From the NCBI GenBank assembly GCA_024653875.1, contig JANLHE010000192.1:565-64564 (forward strand): 64,000 nucleotides of DNA, read 5' to 3'. This DNA comes from Acidobacteriota bacterium. Its GTDB lineage: Bacteria > Acidobacteriota > Vicinamibacteria > Vicinamibacterales > SCN-69-37. The notes under the pieces are model-generated. The model was not told the DNA's origin. It saw nothing but the letters and a program-made list of their open reading frames with translations, and searched no databases. Position numbers and translations under genes: made by a program. How positions within the stretch are numbered: position 1 is the stretch's first letter; every line of letters begins with the position of its first letter. Of this stretch, positions 25,062 to 33,709 are shown piece by piece.

Positions 25062-25801
25062 TGCGCCGATTGGTGATCATCGTAGCCGCCCTGTTGTGCA
25101 GCGTCGCCGCGCACTCACAGGTCGAACCACGCCTCTACATTATCGACAGTGGTGTCAACCTTGTGAACACGACGGCTGGCCCCAACTACGCGTCCGGCCC
25201 TCACGCGGACTGCAACGGCCACGGCACGACGGTGGGACAGATTGCGCGCGACTACGGGGCAGGCCCCATCATCTCCGTACGTGTGTTCGATTGCTCTGGC
25301 GGCGGCTACGACGCGAGCATCACTGCCGCCCTCCAATGGGTGATTGCCGATCACAACCCGGCCAACGGTCCTGCTGCTGTCTTGATGGCGATGGGCGGTC
25401 CCGGCGAAGTCCCCGCATGGATCGCGCTCATTGACGAGGCCGCGCAGGACGGGCTTGCCGTGATCGTCCCAAGTGGTCATGGCCCGGACTGGACCTTCTT
25501 TCAGAAGCTCGCTCGCAGTGAGACGGCCATTGTGGTGGGCGGCGTGATTGGCACTGCCCCGCTGTGGTACGGCAACTTCGGGCCGCAGATCGACATCTAC
25601 GCCTCGGCCACCGCGTACGGCTGGCAGGGCACGTCCATGAGCGCCGCCGTGGTTGCCGGGAAAGTGATTGGCCTCCTGCGCCAGATGCCGTGGGCACCTC
25701 CGGCGCACTTGCGGACAGTCCTCGTGGACTCCGCAACCCCCACGCTCTCGCCAGTGCCTCCGGGCACAACTGACCGCATCGTATTGGCCCCTAACCGTTA
25801 G
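25061..25801 (+). CDS. Subtilisin-like serine protease (S8 family) with signal peptide
   Basis: The ATG overlaps the fibre stop (TGATG). Asp-His-Ser triad contexts are IIDSGV, NGHGTTVG and GTSMSAAVVAG. N-terminus MRRLVIIVAALLCSVAAHSQ. Confidence 0.7.
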   Translation: MRRLVIIVAALLCSVAAHSQVEPRLYIIDSGVNLVNTTAGPNYASGPHADCNGHGTTVGQIARDYGAGPIISVRVFDCSGGGYDASITAALQWVIADHNPANGPAAVLMAMGGPGEVPAWIALIDEAAQDGLAVIVPSGHGPDWTFFQKLARSETAIVVGGVIGTAPLWYGNFGPQIDIYASATAYGWQGTSMSAAVVAGKVIGLLRQMPWAPPAHLRTVLVDSATPTLSPVPPGTTDRIVLAPNR

Positions 25802-25823
25802 CCCATCATCGAAAGGAACCATC

Positions 25824-26171
25824 GTGAATCTGCTGAGTTCGTACAAACAACATCTTGCCGGGGCGCTCGTGGCGATTGCTCTGGTGCTCGCCACACTGAT
25901 CGCCGTCTGGGGTCACGGGCAGTACAAAGCTGGCCAACTGTCACACGCGCAGGCACAGGCGGCGGTCAATGTCCTGTTCCAGGCGGCTGATACCGAGTTT
26001 GTGATCACGGACGCGAACGGTCAAAAACGGCCCGCGACGGTGGGGGAAATCCTCCAGGTGGTTGCCAAAGAACGCGTGGCCCAGTTCAAGCAGCAGCAGG
26101 CCCAGGCGGCGGCACGCGAGACCGCGGCGGCTCCAAGCCAACCCAAGCCAGGAGGCGGCGGTAGGCCGTAG
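25824..26171 (+). CDS. Small membrane-anchored protein (115 aa), lysis-cassette associated
   Basis: GTG start with a GAAAGGAA SD, in frame with track ORF 25668..26171. One TM helix (LAGALVAIALVLATLIAVWG). Confidence 0.4.
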   Translation: MNLLSSYKQHLAGALVAIALVLATLIAVWGHGQYKAGQLSHAQAQAAVNVLFQAADTEFVITDANGQKRPATVGEILQVVAKERVAQFKQQQAQAAARETAAAPSQPKPGGGGRP

Positions 26172-26222
26172 ATCTTCACCCGAGGAGATCACAGGGAAGG
26201 CCCGCACACGAAGGAGGACGGA

Positions 26223-26363
26223 ATGGTGACGATTCAAACGGTGCTGATTATTGCGGCGATGGCGCTGTCGTTTGTCGAAGTGTTCAAGTCGAAGGGCACG
26301 TCGGCCCTGGCGTGGGCGTGCCTGTGTCTGTCGGTGGCGTTGCTGCTGCCGCGGATTGGGTGA
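26223..26363 (+). CDS. 46-aa two-TM protein, holin-like
   Basis: Below the track size cutoff. GAAGGAGGA SD before the ATG. Sequence MVTIQTVLIIAAMALSFVEVFKSKGTSALAWACLCLSVALLLPRIG. Confidence 0.4.
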   Translation: MVTIQTVLIIAAMALSFVEVFKSKGTSALAWACLCLSVALLLPRIG

Positions 26364-26369
26364 CGGCTG

Positions 26370-26861
26370 ATGTCGCCTGATACCCGGCCTGTCGTGCGTG
26401 ACGACTTCACGGACCTGTCGCGGCAGTTCTCTGATCGGTTTGAGCAATCCGATCAGGCCACGCATCGACTCATCACGGGTGTGAAAGATGAAATCGTTCG
26501 CCTGAACGGGAAGATCCAAGACGCGCATGTGAAGATTGCCGGGCACGAGACAGCCCTCACGCTGGCGCATGAGCGGTTAGAGATGACAGCCAAGAGCGGG
26601 CATGAACTGCGATCGGTCCTCTCGGCGCAACAGACGCAGTTGGGGCATTCGTTGTTGCTGATCGAGCGCATCCAGAACCGAGCGGATACCGCCGATGCGA
26701 AGGCGGTGGACGCGGCGGCGCTCGCGGTGGATGTCGCCAGCAAGCTATCCGAGGCGCAAAAGAACGAGCGGTTCACGCTGGCGTCGGTGATCTGGATCGC
26801 CCTCACGGCGTCCGGCGCGGTCTACGGCATCATCCAGGCGATCATCGCCCTCAAGCCATGA
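26370..26861 (+). CDS. Coiled-coil protein with C-terminal TM anchor (lysis accessory, spanin/holin-like?)
   Basis: Track ORF. Helical heptad-like centre and a C-terminal hydrophobic helix (VIWIALTASGAVYGIIQAIIAL). Its stop overlaps the endolysin start. Confidence 0.45.
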   Translation: MSPDTRPVVRDDFTDLSRQFSDRFEQSDQATHRLITGVKDEIVRLNGKIQDAHVKIAGHETALTLAHERLEMTAKSGHELRSVLSAQQTQLGHSLLLIERIQNRADTADAKAVDAAALAVDVASKLSEAQKNERFTLASVIWIALTASGAVYGIIQAIIALKP

Positions 26862-27358
26862 CCACCGCCGCGCAAGACGAGATCGTCGCCAGGGTCCTAA
26901 AACGCGAAGGCGGCGTCAAGGACATTGGTGACGGTAAAGGCCTGACGCGATTCGGCCAGACGCCGGGCTGGCTGACGCAGTTCAACCTACTCGCGCCGAC
27001 CAATGCCGGAGAGGCCGCTGATAACTACGTTGCGTGGCTGCGCAGGACGCGGCTGGACGTGGTGATTAGCGACCACGCCGATGCCTTGTCCGATGCCGTG
27101 ATCGACTGGGCGGTGCATTCCGGGCACGTTACGCCCATTAAGGCGCTCCAGCGCGTGCTGGGCGCGGCGCCGGATGGCGTGATGGGTCCTGAGACCGCAC
27201 GACTCTTGGCCGCCGCTGACCGGCGCGTGCTGGCCGTAGGTATCATCGCGGACCGTGTGGAAATGATCGGGCGACTCATCAGCGGGAAGGTCAGCAACGC
27301 CCGATATGCGCACGGGTGGGCGCGGCGGATGGCCGAGCACATTCGGGCGCTGGGATGA
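26858..27358 (+). CDS. Endolysin, GH108-like lysozyme with C-terminal peptidoglycan-binding-like domain
   Basis: The N-terminal REGGVKDIGDGKGLTRFGQT resembles the GH108 EGG...D.GG.T..G motif. ATGA-type overlaps on both sides within the lysis block. Confidence 0.55.
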   Translation: MTTAAQDEIVARVLKREGGVKDIGDGKGLTRFGQTPGWLTQFNLLAPTNAGEAADNYVAWLRRTRLDVVISDHADALSDAVIDWAVHSGHVTPIKALQRVLGAAPDGVMGPETARLLAAADRRVLAVGIIADRVEMIGRLISGKVSNARYAHGWARRMAEHIRALG

Positions 27359-27579
27359 TGGCCGTCCACTACCGCCCGAAGGACGAACCCTGGCCCGGTG
27401 GCCGTGGCGTCTACGACTGGGCGCGCGGAGGATTTGTGCAAGTGCTGGAACGGGAAAGCGCGGGCCAGTACTTGGACCGCACGAGTCATTGGGTGATCGT
27501 GCCACGGCACGCGCCGGATGAACGATGCGCGTTGAATGGGGGCCGGCAGGTGCGGGCCAAAAAGACGTTAGGTAACTGA
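27355..27579 (+). CDS. Hypothetical 74-aa protein
   Basis: ATGATG overlaps the endolysin stop, in frame with track ORF 27316..27579. Confidence 0.35.
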   Translation: MMAVHYRPKDEPWPGGRGVYDWARGGFVQVLERESAGQYLDRTSHWVIVPRHAPDERCALNGGRQVRAKKTLGN

Positions 27580-27606
27580 CGCGGCTGAGGCCGCAAGGAG
27601 ACGGAC

Positions 27607-28422
27607 ATGGAAGGTGTATCGATTCTGCAGCTCACGTCGCTGACGACCATCGTCACGGCGTCGATCTTTCTGACGTGGGTGGCCAAGCGCGCGCTGGCCG
27701 AGGTGCCGATTGCCTCAAAAGTGCCGGTCTGGATCTACACCGGTGCGATCGCGGCCGTGCTCACGTACATCGCCAACCGGGTGACTGGGACTCTGGAAGG
27801 TCAGACGGGTGTGCTGATGATCGACGCGGTGATCAATGGCGCGCTGGCGTCTGGCATCCGCGAGTGGTTCACCGCCGGGACCAAGCCGCTGGAGGATTCC
27901 GGCACCGCTCGGAAGACGATCGCAGCCAATACTGACGGGTCGGTCAAGCCACGGCTGGGCGTGATCGTGTTGCCGTTTCTGCTGGCCAGCGCCGTCGCCG
28001 CGTCGGCGTGTGGCGGACTGACCCCGGCCCCGGTGACCCCCAATCCAACGGAGGCCCAGATTCAAGCCACGCGCGCGAAGGCGATTGAGATCGCCACGGC
28101 GGTGGAGTCGGTCGGGAATCTCGTGGTGGAGGCGCGACGGTCCGCGAGTGCGGCTCATGCGGCCGGGCTGATAACGCTCGCCCAGCGGGACGCAGTAAAT
28201 CAGGCCGTGATCGACTTGGAGCCCCGTGCCCACGCGGTGATCGACATCGCGGCCACGGTCACGACGGACCCGCAGTTGCGCTCTACGGTTCAGGCGTTGA
28301 TGACCGTCATGGATGACTTTCTGGCGAAGCTGGCGGATGGGAATGAGGCCATGCGGACGGTGGCCGTGTCCATTCGCACGGCGCTGCAAGTGGCGTCGAT
28401 CTATCTGGGAGGTGGCCGATGA
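27607..28422 (+). CDS. Membrane protein: N-terminal multi-TM (holin-like) part plus internal lipoprotein-like signal and helical C-part
   Basis: GGAG SD. Three hydrophobic helices lie in the first 100 aa. An internal KPRLGVIVLPFLLASAVAASACGG resembles a lipoprotein signal peptide. Confidence 0.5.
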   Translation: MEGVSILQLTSLTTIVTASIFLTWVAKRALAEVPIASKVPVWIYTGAIAAVLTYIANRVTGTLEGQTGVLMIDAVINGALASGIREWFTAGTKPLEDSGTARKTIAANTDGSVKPRLGVIVLPFLLASAVAASACGGLTPAPVTPNPTEAQIQATRAKAIEIATAVESVGNLVVEARRSASAAHAAGLITLAQRDAVNQAVIDLEPRAHAVIDIAATVTTDPQLRSTVQALMTVMDDFLAKLADGNEAMRTVAVSIRTALQVASIYLGGGR

Positions 28423-28736
28423 ACGCCAAAGGTATCGTTACGCATCTGCTGGGGTTGGCGGCGCGGTTTGTCGACACGGATGGCGACGGCCGGGTTGAGA
28501 TCAGCGACATTCCCGGCGCGCTGGCTAAGGCCGCGTCGTTGCGGGCTTCCGGCTTGGCGTTGATTCGCTCAGGGGAGGCCACGCTGGAGGCGATTCGCGC
28601 GGCCGCGCAGGCGGATTCCTTGACGTCGGGCGGGGTGCCGGTCACGGCCGCCGACGTGGAAGCGGCGTGGGTGAGGGCGAAGGTGCCGTTCAGCACGGCT
28701 GCCGATGAAGCCCGCGCCGAGTTGGCGAAGGGCTGA
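28419..28736 (+). CDS. Small protein with EF-hand-like Ca-binding loop
   Basis: ATGA overlap with the upstream gene. DTDGDGRVEISD fits the 12-residue EF-hand loop pattern D-x-D-x-D-G-x-x-x-x-x-(D/E). Confidence 0.4.
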   Translation: MNAKGIVTHLLGLAARFVDTDGDGRVEISDIPGALAKAASLRASGLALIRSGEATLEAIRAAAQADSLTSGGVPVTAADVEAAWVRAKVPFSTAADEARAELAKG

Positions 28737-28739
28737 CCG

Positions 28740-31169
28740 ATGCGGATCCAACCCGGCACCGGACGGGTCGCCCACGGCATCGCTGGGGACGGCGTGTACG
28801 TGGATGGCGTCCGCGTCCCTGGCCAGCCGCCGACCTCCGGGATGCCCGATTGGTGGGGCGGCCGGGCGATCTACGTCGCCGCCGATGGCCGCGCCCTGCG
28901 GTCCTGTGCAGCTGATGGGTCCGATGATCGCGCGGTAGCTGACGGCCCTGTCGCCTTCGTCCGCGCGTCTCGGCACGGCTGGGCCGCGTGGCATGACACC
29001 CGAGGCGTCTGGACCTCGTGGGGGCTGTCACTGCCCTTCGCGGTGTTGCTGGACATGGCGCCCGATGGCGCGCTCGTGGTTGGAGACGACTATCAATCCG
29101 GCGTGGGCCTGAGCGTCCACATGCCGGGGATGGCACACCCGGTCTGGAAGATACCCGATGCGCGGCCGGTGCTGCGCTTCCCGTACTCGCAAGTCTCCGC
29201 GCTCAGTGTGGATCGCGTCATGTGGATCGAACAGAACGGGCGGGTGATTCGGAGCCTGAGCTTCCGCCCGCTGTCGCTGCCCTGGACGGCGCTCCATCCG
29301 ACGTTGTGCGAAGTCAGCGGGCAAGTGTGGCTGACCACGCTGCGTGCCGAGGACGATGCGGTGATTGCGGTGCCGTGGGCCTTTGATGGGCGAGGGGTGA
29401 CGCAGATCCCCGGAGGCTATGGGCCAGCCTGGGACGGGGGAGGCCTGCTGCACTGGAGCGTCGGCGCCGGGGAATTGCCCGAGGACATGCGCCAGCGCGT
29501 CGTCACGGCGGCGGACGTCGGGCCGATTCCTGCCGTGGCGCTTCCCCCGGTTGTTGTTCCACCTTCCCCTCCGCCCCCGGCGCCTACTCCCGAACTCCCA
29601 CGCCTGGGCGTCACCATCGACCACTACACGCCCGGTGGCCCTGCCCCCTTCCACCTGACCGCCGATTACCACGTCGAAGGCCACGGCCATGCCCCGGTCC
29701 AGGTCTACCTCACGCTGGACGGTCAGCGCGTGGCGATGGAAACCGAGCCGGCCGGCCAGCTCGAAACGACGATCACCGAGCCGGGCGAATACCGCCTTGG
29801 GGCTGTAGTCGATTGTGCCGGCCGACGGGCACAGACCGGCGCCGTGCGGATCGTGCGGGTGCAAACGCCGGTAATTGTGCCTCCGATCCCGCCTGTGACA
29901 CCCGTTGCGACCGGCCGCGATGCCTACACCGTGGCCGCACAAGAGGCTCGAGCCGAACTCGCCGCGCCCGTGGAGCCGCCTGAGCCACCGACACCAGACG
30001 ATCAGATCCCAGCGTCGGTCTGGCGCACGATCCGGCGAGTCATTGCGGCGTTGCCGTTTCCGCACGGGGACGGATCGGAGGCGTATATCCAAACGCTACG
30101 AGAGTGGACCCGCCGGCTGTGTGAACAATTGCGGTACACCCACGGGCCGGAGTGGGGGCACAAGGCAACGTCCCCTGGGGCGCCGCCCTCGAAGGAGTCG
30201 ATCGCGCGCAAGATCGGCCCTGATTTGCACGTGTGGGACATGCTGATTGGCGCGTCCTCGGGTGCCCCTCGGTTATCAGATCAGCCCAGTCACTACCACG
30301 TCAACGACCAGCACTTCATCGCTGTCGATCCGGTGGACCATCTGGCGGCCGTCGTGCCGCCGCCGGCGCGCGCGCAGATCCCCCAGCCGTGGATCGGCCT
30401 GACCGCGTTTGACCTGGGGGTGCGTCTTGAGTCCGGCGACCGTCGCTGGGTTGAGATGATGGCAGCGGCAGGGTTTACGGTGGCGCGGGTGGTGGTGGCG
30501 TCGGTGTATCGCACAGTACGCACCCCAGCCGATGGCCTTCGCCAGTTGCCCTTAACGCTCGCGGCATTGGCCGGCGCGGGGTTAAAAGCAGAAGTCGTCG
30601 TCTTGGTGGACACCCGCGACTACGACATGACGCGATCCGTGATGCGCGACTACCTCCGTGCGGTCATGGCGATTTGCCAGCAGTCTCCGTCCGCGATTGC
30701 CGGGATTGAGATCGCCAATGAAAGCACACACAGCACGCAAGTGATCGACTTGGCCGATCCGGTGTTTCTTCGGGAGTTATCCGAGTTGGTGCCTCAGCAG
30801 TTTGCGATCTCGTGGGGGAGTTCGCACGGCGGCGAAGCGCCCTACATTGGGCAGGGCTCCTACATCACCCACCACGCGGATCGCGACAGGTCACCCGAAG
30901 AGAACGCGGGCGTGATGGCTGAGGCCCAACGGGTATCAGGGCAACTCGTCATTGACGATGAGGCGTTGGGGATTGCTGAGACACAGCGACCTGGCGCACG
31001 CACCGACGATCCGGCTTATGGGGAACGTCAGGCACGGGCGGCACGGGTGCACAGGCTCGGCGGAGTCACTTTGCACATTGAGGCAGGGCTGGCGGCGAAC
31101 GTCGATCTGTTGGGGTCTGTGCAGCGTGAGGCGATCACGCGGTTTGTGGCGGCCATGAGGGCGCGGTGA
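28740..31169 (+). CDS. 809-aa multidomain protein; C-terminal TIM-barrel glycoside-hydrolase-like domain (possible depolymerase)
   Basis: Track ORF. Pro-rich linkers separate an N-terminal beta-rich domain, an Ig-like segment and a helical segment. The C-terminal region contains GIEIANESTH, an NE-type acid/base motif like GH5-type hydrolases. Confidence 0.45.
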   Translation: MRIQPGTGRVAHGIAGDGVYVDGVRVPGQPPTSGMPDWWGGRAIYVAADGRALRSCAADGSDDRAVADGPVAFVRASRHGWAAWHDTRGVWTSWGLSLPFAVLLDMAPDGALVVGDDYQSGVGLSVHMPGMAHPVWKIPDARPVLRFPYSQVSALSVDRVMWIEQNGRVIRSLSFRPLSLPWTALHPTLCEVSGQVWLTTLRAEDDAVIAVPWAFDGRGVTQIPGGYGPAWDGGGLLHWSVGAGELPEDMRQRVVTAADVGPIPAVALPPVVVPPSPPPPAPTPELPRLGVTIDHYTPGGPAPFHLTADYHVEGHGHAPVQVYLTLDGQRVAMETEPAGQLETTITEPGEYRLGAVVDCAGRRAQTGAVRIVRVQTPVIVPPIPPVTPVATGRDAYTVAAQEARAELAAPVEPPEPPTPDDQIPASVWRTIRRVIAALPFPHGDGSEAYIQTLREWTRRLCEQLRYTHGPEWGHKATSPGAPPSKESIARKIGPDLHVWDMLIGASSGAPRLSDQPSHYHVNDQHFIAVDPVDHLAAVVPPPARAQIPQPWIGLTAFDLGVRLESGDRRWVEMMAAAGFTVARVVVASVYRTVRTPADGLRQLPLTLAALAGAGLKAEVVVLVDTRDYDMTRSVMRDYLRAVMAICQQSPSAIAGIEIANESTHSTQVIDLADPVFLRELSELVPQQFAISWGSSHGGEAPYIGQGSYITHHADRDRSPEENAGVMAEAQRVSGQLVIDDEALGIAETQRPGARTDDPAYGERQARAARVHRLGGVTLHIEAGLAANVDLLGSVQREAITRFVAAMRAR

Positions 31170-31417
31170 GTCCACGCGACTACAGCCGATTGTTCGGCCG
31201 CGCCTTCCTACTGGTGGCACTCGTGGCGTGGAATGTCCGCAACGTGGCGCAAGGGGAGTTCGGGCTGGCCTTCCTGACCGGCACACTGGTCAGTTGGGTC
31301 TGGTGGGCCAACAGCCGATCCGCCGCCCACTCGGACGCCCGGTATGCCCGGCACGTCTACGCGCTCGGTGCTGGACTCGGCACGGTGTTCGGCGTGTGGA
31401 TTGGGGGGCACTGGTGA
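31166..31417 (+). CDS. Small membrane protein (83 aa, about 3 TM)
   Basis: GTGA overlap with the upstream stop. Hydrophobic helices FLLVALVAWNV, LAFLTGTLVSWVWW and ALGAGLGTVFGVWIGG. Confidence 0.45.
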   Translation: MSPRDYSRLFGRAFLLVALVAWNVRNVAQGEFGLAFLTGTLVSWVWWANSRSAAHSDARYARHVYALGAGLGTVFGVWIGGHW

Positions 31418-31665
31418 GGCGACTCGCCGCGTGGCTTCGGCGCGTGGCCGATTGGCTGGATACTGAAACGCATGCTGAAACGATTGTCCCGAACGGGAAC
31501 GCCGTGCCCGATCTGTGCAGCACGCCCCTGTCCATTGTCCCGAACGGGATGACCGGGCGGCCTTGCGGTATCCCCGCACAAACACCGCAAACGCCGCACA
31601 CCCGCGTCAGCGCCTGGGGCGTGGACGACACGATACAGGAGCGACATGGCGACCAAACGATCTGA
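31414..31665 (+). CDS. Doubtful 83-aa ORF; the region may instead be regulatory
   Basis: GTGA overlap start, in frame with track ORF 31228..31665. It is full of DNA repeats (see 31463-31549) and its composition is unconvincing. Confidence 0.2.
   Translation: MRRLAAWLRRVADWLDTETHAETIVPNGNAVPDLCSTPLSIVPNGMTGRPCGIPAQTPQTPHTRVSAWGVDDTIQERHGDQTI
31463..31549. repeat. Repeat cluster: 2x CTGAAACG (12-bp period) followed by 2x ATTGTCCCGAACGGGA (51 bp apart)
   Basis: Exact copies at 31463/31475 and at 31483/31534. Each 16-mer contains the inverted repeat TCCCG-AA-CGGGA. The cluster lies about 100-180 nt upstream of the metallophosphoesterase gene. Confidence 0.7.
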
Positions 31666-32551
31666 TCGTGTGACCACGAAAGTGGGTCGCAAGTGGGCCA
31701 TGCGCGAACACGCCCGCAACATCCACGTCATCACCATCAAGTTGGACCGCGTGGGCGACTCGCAAGCCTGCCTCCTGCAATCCGATGTCCATTGGGACAA
31801 CCCCCACTGCAAGCAGGACTTGTTCTATCAGCACCTGGACGAAGCGTTAGCGCGTGACGCCCCGGTGCTGGACAACGGCGACTTCTATTGTGCGATGCAG
31901 GGGAAATGGGACAAACGCGCCAACAAAAACGACCTCCGGCCGGAGCATCAACGCGCCGACTACCTTGATGCGCTCGTGTCTACGGCGGCGGAAAAACTGA
32001 AACCCTATCGCAGCGTCCTGACAGTGCGGGGTCAGGGCAACCACGAAACTTCCGTGGCGCGACACCATGAGACCAATCTCTGTGAGCGCCTCACGGAGCG
32101 CATCAAAGCCTACGGGAACACGCCGGTTGCGCTGGGGGGCTATTCCGGGTACGTGGTGTTTGTGGTGGAGCTGCACAATGGAACGCGGGTGCCCTTCAAA
32201 ATGCATTATCTGCACGGGCACGGGGGCGGCGGGGCCGTGACGCGCGGTGTGATTCAGACGAACCGGCACGCGGTCTATCTGGCCGACGCCGACATCATTT
32301 GGACTGGGCATTCACATGACGCTTGGCAGGTGCCGATTGCCCGCGTGCGTTTAAATCAGGACAACACGAAGATCGTCCACTCGAACCAGTACCACCTCAG
32401 CACGCCCGGCTACAAGGAAGAATGGCAGGACGGGTACGAGGGCTGGCACGTCGAACGCGGGGCACCGCCGAAACCCACAGGGGCCGCGTGGCTCACGTTC
32501 AAGTATGCGTCCACCGCGCACGCCACGTTTGAGATCACCGAGGCAAAGTAA
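31646..32551 (+). CDS. Calcineurin-like metallophosphoesterase
   Basis: AGGAG SD. Motifs in order: SDVHWDN (DxH), NGDF (GD), GQGNHE (GNHE), HGHGGG and TGHSHD (GHxH). Confidence 0.7.
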   Translation: MATKRSDRVTTKVGRKWAMREHARNIHVITIKLDRVGDSQACLLQSDVHWDNPHCKQDLFYQHLDEALARDAPVLDNGDFYCAMQGKWDKRANKNDLRPEHQRADYLDALVSTAAEKLKPYRSVLTVRGQGNHETSVARHHETNLCERLTERIKAYGNTPVALGGYSGYVVFVVELHNGTRVPFKMHYLHGHGGGGAVTRGVIQTNRHAVYLADADIIWTGHSHDAWQVPIARVRLNQDNTKIVHSNQYHLSTPGYKEEWQDGYEGWHVERGAPPKPTGAAWLTFKYASTAHATFEITEAK

Positions 32552-32720
32552 ACATCTCCACGGCTGAAGCCGGGAGCTTTCCACCTAGGCCGCGAGGCCT
32601 GGCAGTTCTGAGGCTGGTTTACAGGCAGCCTGAGCCCGAGACGCGATGTTCCGGGCGGCGTTGAAATCGGCGGATATGGAGTGGTCGCAATGCAGACAGC
32701 GAAATTCGGCTTGGCTCTTT
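32540..32720 (-). ncRNA. Candidate omega-RNA (reRNA) overlapping the tnpB 3' end; extent is a guess
   Basis: By analogy with TnpB systems. The hairpin CTCC(A)CGGC-TGAA-GCCGGGAG at 32555-32575 lies 10 nt beyond the tnpB stop. No covariance model was run. Confidence 0.3.
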
Positions 32721-33673
32721 CGGTTGCCCTTCTCACAGTGGCCGCATTGACTACAGGTGCGACTCGTGTTGCGGGGATCGACGGCGACGACACGCACGCC
32801 CGCCAGTGCCGCCTTGTACTCGACGAAGGCCCTGAGTTGTGCAAAGGCCCAGCCGCCCTGTCGGTTGCGTTGCTTCCGCCGAACCGTGGCCCGCTCGCGG
32901 ATATGCGTCAAGTCTTCCACGCCGATCCCGCGCGCCGTGTCTTTGGCGGCCTGAACAATCTGTTTACTGATGCAGTGGTTCTCGTGCCGTCGGAATCTCG
33001 ACTCCTTCTTTGCGATTCGCTTCAGTTTCTTTTTTGCTCCCCGCGTGTTCCGTCGTTGCAAGGCGCGTCGTTGCTTCGTGTGCTTCCGCCGGACGCGCTC
33101 GACAGCCTCGCCGGTGTGCGTCGTGCCGTCACTGTCGGTCGCCAAGTTCACGATGCCAAGATCCACGCCAAGGAAATCAGCGGGTTCAATCGGCGCACCG
33201 TCAGGAACAGTAATGCTCGCGTAGAGGTAGAACTGCCCATCGCGCAGGACCAGATCGACCTGTCCCTTCATGCGGTCAAAGCGTTGCCGTTGGTACTCGC
33301 CGTAGATCAAGGGCACCAACTCCCGGCCGTCCAATGTCAGCAGGCTCACGGTGTCCATGCCTTTGAAGGACATCAAACGTTCGTCATACGTCATCGCGCC
33401 ATCGGGCCGGAAGACGGGGCAGACCGTCTTGTCACGGGCGAAGTACTCGACGGCCTTGCCGATGGCGCGCACCGCCATTTGACTCGACAGTCCGAACTTC
33501 TCCCGGAGTTGGTAGTACGTCAGCCGATGGATGCTCGGTTGACTCCGCAGGCCCGCCTCGAAGCCGACGCGCGCGGCATAGGTGGCGGCGGCGTTGAAGG
33601 CGCGCATCGTGGCCCGCAATTGCGCGGCTTGCTTAGCGGTCGGCAGCAGGCGCAATTGCAAAGTCAGAACCAT
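32585..33673 (-). CDS. tnpB: TnpB RNA-guided endonuclease (RuvC-like plus zinc ribbon), 362 aa
   Basis: Internal Met (MVLTLQLRLLPT) of track ORF 32585..33826. RuvC contexts GVDLGIVNLATDSDG, IGVEDL and SADFNAARNI. Zinc ribbon CSQCGHC...CLHCDH. Confidence 0.85.
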   Translation of the reverse strand: MVLTLQLRLLPTAKQAAQLRATMRAFNAAATYAARVGFEAGLRSQPSIHRLTYYQLREKFGLSSQMAVRAIGKAVEYFARDKTVCPVFRPDGAMTYDERLMSFKGMDTVSLLTLDGRELVPLIYGEYQRQRFDRMKGQVDLVLRDGQFYLYASITVPDGAPIEPADFLGVDLGIVNLATDSDGTTHTGEAVERVRRKHTKQRRALQRRNTRGAKKKLKRIAKKESRFRRHENHCISKQIVQAAKDTARGIGVEDLTHIRERATVRRKQRNRQGGWAFAQLRAFVEYKAALAGVRVVAVDPRNTSRTCSQCGHCEKGNRKSQAEFRCLHCDHSISADFNAARNIASRAQAACKPASELPGLAA

Positions 33674-33679
33674 ACGGAT

Positions 33680-33709
33680 ATTGTAGGACTTATACTGTCC
33701 GTAAGTCAA
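33680..33709 (-). promoter_or_regulatory. Near-consensus sigma70-type promoter for tnpB: TTGACT-N18-TACAAT
   Basis: On the minus strand, TTGACT is at 33709-33704 and TACAAT at 33685-33680. The -10 ends 6 nt before the tnpB ATG (33673), which implies a very short leader. Confidence 0.5.
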
